In this document: piece by piece, positions 60,943 through 64,000 of the stretch | Layout of the letters: the number at the start of each line of letters is the position of its first letter | How positions within the stretch are numbered: the stretch's first letter is position 1 | Origin: Dongiaceae bacterium | GTDB taxonomy: Bacteria > Pseudomonadota > Alphaproteobacteria > Dongiales > Dongiaceae | DNA length: 64,000 nucleotides | Assembly: GCA_035548715.1 (NCBI GenBank) | Contig: DASZSL010000045.1 | Coordinates: forward strand, 1-64,000 | Reading direction: 5' to 3' | Notes under the pieces: model-generated | Told to the model about the DNA's origin: nothing | The model's input: only the letters and a program-made list of their open reading frames with translations | The model's database searches: none | Program-made: the position numbers and the translations under genes

Positions 60943-60996
60943 TGAGGCGAGCCGCCGCGGGCGCGGCGCGGGCGGTTCGCTTCCCCTCACCCGCGC
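60943..60996 (+). repeat. third, partial copy (51/54 identical) of the tRNA-Gly-associated repeat, matching the copy1/copy2 junction at 44655-44708
   Basis: GCTGAGGCGAGCCGCCGCGGGCGCGGCGCGGGCGGTTCGCTTCCCCTCACCCGC versus GCTGAGGCGAGGCGCCGCGGGCGCGGCGCGGGCGGTTCGATTCCCCTCACCCGC. Confidence 0.85.
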
Positions 60997-61015
60997 CCCG
61001 CGTCCCGGAAGAAAG

Positions 61016-61855
61016 TCAGCCCTTCAACGCGCCAGCGGCCATGCCGGCGATGAAGTAGCGGCTGAACAGCGTGAACAGCAGGAAGAGCGGCAGCGCCACC
61101 AGGGTCGCGCCGGCCATCACCTCGCCCCAACGGAAGTCGTAGGTGCCAAGCAGGCTGGCGAGACCCAGCGGGATGGTCTTGACGGAATCGCTGCTGAGCA
61201 GAACGACGGCGAAGGTGTAGTCCGACCACGACAGGAGAAACGAAAACGTCCCAACCGTGATGATCCCGGGCAGCGACAGGGGCAAGACGACGCGCAGGAA
61301 GGCGGCGGCCCGGGTGCACCCATCGACCATCGCCGCCTCCTCCAGCTCGAACGGCATCGCCTTGAAGAAGCCCCACAGAAACCACACGCCGAGCGGAAGC
61401 GAGATCGTGACGTGCGCGACGATCACGCTGACCAGCGTGTCGGTCAGCCCCAGCTGCGCGAAGATCGAGACCAGGGGGATCGCCAGGAACAGCGGCGGAA
61501 ACATGTAGGCATACAGCATGAGGCCGACGATGATCGTCTTTCCGCGCACCTTGTAGCGGGCGACGATGTAGGCAATGACGATCGAGACGACGATGGTGAT
61601 CGCCACCGTGCCGAACGCCACGATGAACGAGTTCATGAACTGCTGGACGAAGTCGGTGCGGCTGGTCAGCGTGCGGTAGAAGTCCCAGCTGATCTTCGTC
61701 GGGATCAGCGCGTTCGTCTTCAGGAATTCCTGAGGCGGCCGCACGCTGGAGACCATCATGTAGTAGATGGGAAAGCCCGAATACACCATGAGCCCGATCG
61801 CCATCGCGTATTGCAGGACCCGCAGCAGCGCCTTCTTGAAGGGATCGGCCGTCAT
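61016..61855 (-). CDS. carbohydrate ABC transporter permease (MalG-type)
   Basis: EAA motif region ELEEAAMVDGC. Confidence 0.85.
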   Translation of the reverse strand: MTADPFKKALLRVLQYAMAIGLMVYSGFPIYYMMVSSVRPPQEFLKTNALIPTKISWDFYRTLTSRTDFVQQFMNSFIVAFGTVAITIVVSIVIAYIVARYKVRGKTIIVGLMLYAYMFPPLFLAIPLVSIFAQLGLTDTLVSVIVAHVTISLPLGVWFLWGFFKAMPFELEEAAMVDGCTRAAAFLRVVLPLSLPGIITVGTFSFLLSWSDYTFAVVLLSSDSVKTIPLGLASLLGTYDFRWGEVMAGATLVALPLFLLFTLFSRYFIAGMAAGALKG

Positions 61856-61856
61856 C

Positions 61857-62717
61857 TCACTTCTCCTGCAGCGGAAACAGATGGATGAAGAGCGCCACGA
61901 AAGCCGACAGGATCAAGAAGGACAGCGTCGCCACGGCGGCACCGCCGCCGATGTCGTATTGCCGGAACGCCATGCTGTAGGAAAGGATCGGCAGGTGCTC
62001 GGTCGCGCCCAGCGGCCCGCCCCGCGTCATGAGCCAGATGATGTCGAATTTGTTGAACATCCAGATGCCGCGCATGATGATCACGACGATCAGCACCGAT
62101 CGGAGTCCCGGAAAGGTGACATGCCAGAACCGGCTCCACGGCCCCGCGCCGTCCACCCTCGCCGCGGCGTAGAGGTTGTCGGGTATGGTCTGGAGTCCCG
62201 CGAGGACGCAGGTCGTCACGAACGGGGTCCACATCCAGACGCTGATGAGCGTCACCGTCATGAGCGCGATCCACGGGTCGTCGGACCAGATCAGGCGACC
62301 CAGCCCGAGGTTCCGCACGATCTGCGTGATGAGACCGATATTCCCGTCCAGCATCCATTGAAACGAGATGGCGACGACGACCGTGGGCACCACATAGGGA
62401 AGAATGGCGACGCCGCGGAACAGCGCCTGCCCCTTCAGCGGCACGTTGAGGATGAGCGCGAAGATCGTGCCGAGCACGAGCTGCAAGCAGACCGTCACGA
62501 TCGCATAGGTCAATCCGGTTCCGAGGTCGCGCCAGAACTCCGGCATGACGAGCACGCGCTCGAAGTTCGCCAGGCCGACCCAGGTCGCCGGCACGACGAA
62601 CGAGTCGGTGCCCTCGAAGCTGAGCAGGATCGCCTGTATCGCGGGCAGCACGATGAATGCCGCCACCACGATCAAGCCGGCGATCAATGAGATGCGGAGA
62701 CGCCAGTCCAGTGTCAC
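61857..62717 (-). CDS. carbohydrate ABC transporter permease (MalF-type)
   Basis: EAA-like motif NLYAAARVDGAGPW. Confidence 0.85.
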   Translation of the reverse strand: MTLDWRLRISLIAGLIVVAAFIVLPAIQAILLSFEGTDSFVVPATWVGLANFERVLVMPEFWRDLGTGLTYAIVTVCLQLVLGTIFALILNVPLKGQALFRGVAILPYVVPTVVVAISFQWMLDGNIGLITQIVRNLGLGRLIWSDDPWIALMTVTLISVWMWTPFVTTCVLAGLQTIPDNLYAAARVDGAGPWSRFWHVTFPGLRSVLIVVIIMRGIWMFNKFDIIWLMTRGGPLGATEHLPILSYSMAFRQYDIGGGAAVATLSFLILSAFVALFIHLFPLQEK

Positions 62718-62792
62718 TTCGGCTCGTCCATCGCGGGCTCGTCCATCGCGGTCGCGGGGATCGCCGCCACGGCGGCGGCGATCCCGTCAACC

Positions 62793-64000
62793 TCAGCCGA
62801 TGAGCTTGCGCATCTGCTGGGCGGCGACGTCCACCGCCTCAGCCGAGCTGCGCTGCTTCAGCGTCACGCTTTGCAGCATTTCGTTGTAGATCCTCGAGCC
62901 GTAGATCTTCGCCGCCTGGATGTTCGGCTCCTTGCCTTGCGTGTCGAGGGAGGTGATCTGGACGCTCGAGTCCTTGCCGATCATCGCCCTGAGCTCGTCC
63001 ATGACCCCCTTGTACTTCTGGATCATCGGAATTTCCAGCCACCGCTTGTCCTCGTAGACGTCCAGGCGGGCCGGCTGCATGGCGAGCGGCGCGGCCTGGA
63101 GCCACCGGATGTACATGTTGTCGGCGAACCAGGCCATGAACTTGCGGCTCTCTTCGGCCTGCGGCGTGTTCAGGATCACGAAACCGTCGTAGCCAAAGCC
63201 GACCGACGCGGTGTCGCCGCTGCTGCTGTAGTACGGGAACAGCCCCACCTGATCCGCCAGGTCCGGCGCGTTCGCCGCCAGATTGTCGATCATCCGCGCC
63301 GAATAGGGCGCGTGAGCGACCTGCTGGTTGGCGAACTGGCCGAGGGCCTGCGCCCAGGCGGCCTGGGACATGCCGGCCGGCATGAACTGGTAGAGCTTGT
63401 TGAAGTAGTCCAGCGTCTCGACGGCCTTGCTCTTGTTGTCGCCCTGGTCGAGCACGACCTTGAGATCGTCATCCAGGAAGTTGACGCCCTCGGCGAAGAA
63501 GAAGCCGCTCGTCATCCACTGGGTCGCGGAAGTGTTGCCCGTGGGATACATGCAGCCGTTCATCGAATCGGAATTCAGCTTCTCGGCGTTCGCGAGGAAC
63601 TCGTTCCGGTTCGTCGGGACCTTCAGGCCGCTCTTGGCATAGAGATCCTTCCGATACCAGGTGACGCAGAAATTGTAGTCGTACGGATACCACCAGGTGT
63701 GGCCCTTGTACGGGAAGAGAATCCGCGGGCCCCACTCGTATTTCGCGACCAGGTCGTCCACCGGGACCAGGAAGTCCTGGTCCGCCAGCAGCAGCACGTC
63801 GCCGATGAACCCGAGCACCGACATGTCGTACGGGTTGCCGGAGCGCATCGAGGCCGAGAGCTTCGTCAGGGAGTCCTCGACTTCCACGTTGTCGACGATG
63901 AGCTCGACGCCGCTCGCCTTGTTGTAGGCCGCGGCGATCTCCTTGAAGGCCTCCACGTTGGGAATCGCGGTTTCGGTGTTCATCAGCCGAATGCGCGCCT
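62793..64000 (-). CDS. extracellular solute-binding protein (family 1) of the carbohydrate ABC transporter; N-terminus lies beyond the window end
   Basis: SBP_bac_1-like sequence; no signal peptide within the window, so it is truncated at 64000. Confidence 0.7.
   Translation of the reverse strand, partial: ARIRLMNTETAIPNVEAFKEIAAAYNKASGVELIVDNVEVEDSLTKLSASMRSGNPYDMSVLGFIGDVLLLADQDFLVPVDDLVAKYEWGPRILFPYKGHTWWYPYDYNFCVTWYRKDLYAKSGLKVPTNRNEFLANAEKLNSDSMNGCMYPTGNTSATQWMTSGFFFAEGVNFLDDDLKVVLDQGDNKSKAVETLDYFNKLYQFMPAGMSQAAWAQALGQFANQQVAHAPYSARMIDNLAANAPDLADQVGLFPYYSSSGDTASVGFGYDGFVILNTPQAEESRKFMAWFADNMYIRWLQAAPLAMQPARLDVYEDKRWLEIPMIQKYKGVMDELRAMIGKDSSVQITSLDTQGKEPNIQAAKIYGSRIYNEMLQSVTLKQRSSAEAVDVAAQQMRKLIG

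Overview
Read from the sequence alone, this is a high-GC (about 68-70% by eye) alphaproteobacterial window, and the gene content suggests Rhodospirillales or Acetobacteraceae. Many long antisense ORFs are high-GC artefacts, so genes were called by recognisable protein family. Positions 1-44500 look like core genome. They include the def-fmt-truA and argD-argF-hslO operons, argE, folE, apaG, an OmpA-like lipoprotein, rmuC, recX, tamA-tamB, a YqiK-like flotillin, a stomatin-NfeD pair, two tandem parvulin-like PPIase paralogs, a PAS sensor kinase, a YddA/SbmA-type ABC fusion, a GH1 beta-glucosidase, a LOG-family protein and a gamma-butyrobetaine-hydroxylase-like dioxygenase beside a TetR gene. 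The ABC fusion has an ATPase domain whose catalytic motifs are all degenerate. A tRNA-Gly(CCC) lies at 44550-44623, and its 3-prime end begins an 89-bp unit that is duplicated in perfect tandem. A third, 54-bp near-identical copy of that unit sits at 60943-60996. The repeats bracket about 16 kb. This segment holds a B12-dependent diol/glycerol dehydratase with fused large and medium subunits plus a small subunit and no reactivase, an SDR, a TcuA/KstD-like flavoprotein, leuC-leuD-leuB with a divergent LysR gene, and a ribose-type sugar ABC transporter operon with an aldehyde dehydrogenase and a lactonase-like MBL hydrolase. I read the bracketed segment as a tRNA-targeted island-like catabolic module, but no integrase is present. 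Several intergenic regions carry short tandem repeats or perfect palindromes that may be regulatory. No CRISPR array, IS element or integrase was seen.
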